This document shows, in pieces, positions 62,626-64,000 of a stretch of 64,000 nucleotides of DNA. Made by a program: the position numbers and the translations under genes. The notes under the pieces were generated by a model. That model saw only the letters and a list, made by a program, of their open reading frames with translations. It was not told the origin of the DNA and searched no databases. The DNA comes from Lepidodermella squamata. Lineage: Eukaryota > Animalia > Gastrotricha. The stretch lies in assembly GCA_047495785.1 (NCBI GenBank), contig JBLDXI010000021.1:620001-684000 (forward strand), read 5' to 3'. Positions within the stretch are counted from its first letter, which is position 1. Each line of letters begins with the position of its first letter.

Positions 62626-62762
62626 TTGAAAATTCTAATTTATAATTGAATCCTATAAAACATAACAGGAATATAATTGCCTTGAGTTTTTGAACGTCTG
62701 AAAGGTAGCAAGATTGGCATATTGTAAAACCAGTAGCAATATGAGAACAAAGACGAGAACAG

Positions 62763-63539
62763 TTAATTTCTGAAAACAGCACGGCATTCAGCGTTTGAGC
62801 AGGACAAGTTAGCGGCAGGTTGTGAGGCTTGAGATGCGGCGGCATTTGAAGCTTTCTTCTTGCAAATTGAGTGAAAGGTAGTTTCGTTTCCGCATTTCGA
62901 ACATTCCATTGTATCACCGCGATTGAAAACCAAACGTTTGCAAGATCCACACTCCGGCAAAACACCGGTGAAGTGCTGCACCATGTAGTCATACAGCTCA
63001 GCAACAATGCGAAGCCCAAATCCATATGTGCTGCTGTCTCCGTCAGTGCTAACTTCAGTGCTCAAGTAAGCTGTTTCTTTCAGACCTCTAATGATGCGGT
63101 CGCAGTCAGTGTTTCCAATCTTACAAGTTGCAGCGATCCGATAGAAGTCGGGCGGTGTAAATTCACGGGTTTCGCTGTGAGCCAACGCGCTGAAGAGCTT
63201 TGTAATAAAATCCAACTCCTTCTCAGTGTAATTGCTCTTCCAATCTATGACTTCACGCGTGTTCAGATTAGCAAGAAGGTAACACGCCTTGCCATTAATT
63301 TCGTTTTGAACTCGAACAATTTTAAAATTGTACGAGAGCATTTTAGCGTTGATATCCTGAAAGATTCTGATCAGATCTTGATCCGAATGGCCGAGTTAAA
63401 CTTTCGTTGCAGCACCTGCTTCGCCAATAAAACGATTGATGTCCTGCCTATAAGCAGGCCCGCAAAGTAAAAACTTCTGCGCGATGAATCGATGAGCATC
63501 CGTGTAATTTGTTTGCCGCTGAGATTGTGATGGAGCCAT
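62763..63539 (-). CDS. NSMCE1: SMC5/6 subunit NSE1
   Basis: YTDAHRF, INAKML..FKIVR, YTEKELDF, GLRIVAELYDY and C-terminal RING. An in-frame TAA at 63396-63398 requires a micro-intron or is an error. Confidence 0.85.
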
Positions 63540-64000
63540 TGCCTTTTAATTCGCTAGCCTAAATGCCTAAATTGATGGACAGAGATAGACACTTTAAATA
63601 GGTATTTGGGAGTTATGGGTTCTGCAGAACCTAAACAGGTAACCTGCGATTTCTTGGCTGCAGTTATACACCCATCAAGCACGGGCACATAGGGGCTCGC
63701 GTTCTTGGCGCTTTTCATTATCGTTTTTCGCAAAAGTTACCGCGCTTTTAAATTGGTTTTGACAAATAAGCTTTGCATTTCTGAATATTGAATTGAAAAT
63801 CTATCAAAAAGGTATTTTAATGTTTTTAATTTTACGTTGCTGATAGCAACGAGTTATTTGGAACGATTGATTGAAATGAATAGGTCTGAAAAAATCGTTA
63901 ATTTTTCTTTCACGTCGCGGCACGGAGTGCAAATGTTTTTTATACATAATTTCAGTCAGGTGGATCATCTTCCCCATATTCACCTTTTCCATATGCACTT

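Overview
Eukaryotic, gene-dense window from a compact invertebrate (bilaterian) genome with mostly 40-60 nt introns; the taxon cannot be fixed from sequence alone. About 25 protein-coding genes are supported. Conserved housekeeping genes: RNF26-like, DR1/NC2beta-like, SEC22B, DHX16, DNAJC21, DUS2, QTRT1, GCLM, ATG101, NOM1, NSMCE1. Others: a CXorf65-like gene, a TPR+J-like gene, an AmFPI-1-like secreted protein, Ig-TM and EGF-TM genes, three tandem divergent nuclear receptors, two CARD-only genes flanking QTRT1, an amidated neuropeptide precursor, and a four-domain Nav1/para-type channel with a DUF288-like gene nested antisense in one intron. Several non-autonomous DNA transposons with target-site duplications and a ~430 bp inverted duplication are present. 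The main observation is that the channel is para-like (MFM gate, four S4s, IQ motif) but its selectivity ring reads D-E-S-A instead of D-E-K-A. It also has a TTX-resistance-type Cys, a greatly expanded domain I loop with a furin site, and a glycosylation minisatellite in domain IV. Acceptor-like sites just before many ATGs, very short co-oriented gaps and back-to-back acceptors suggest spliced-leader trans-splicing and operons. All family assignments are by eye from motifs; no searches were run.
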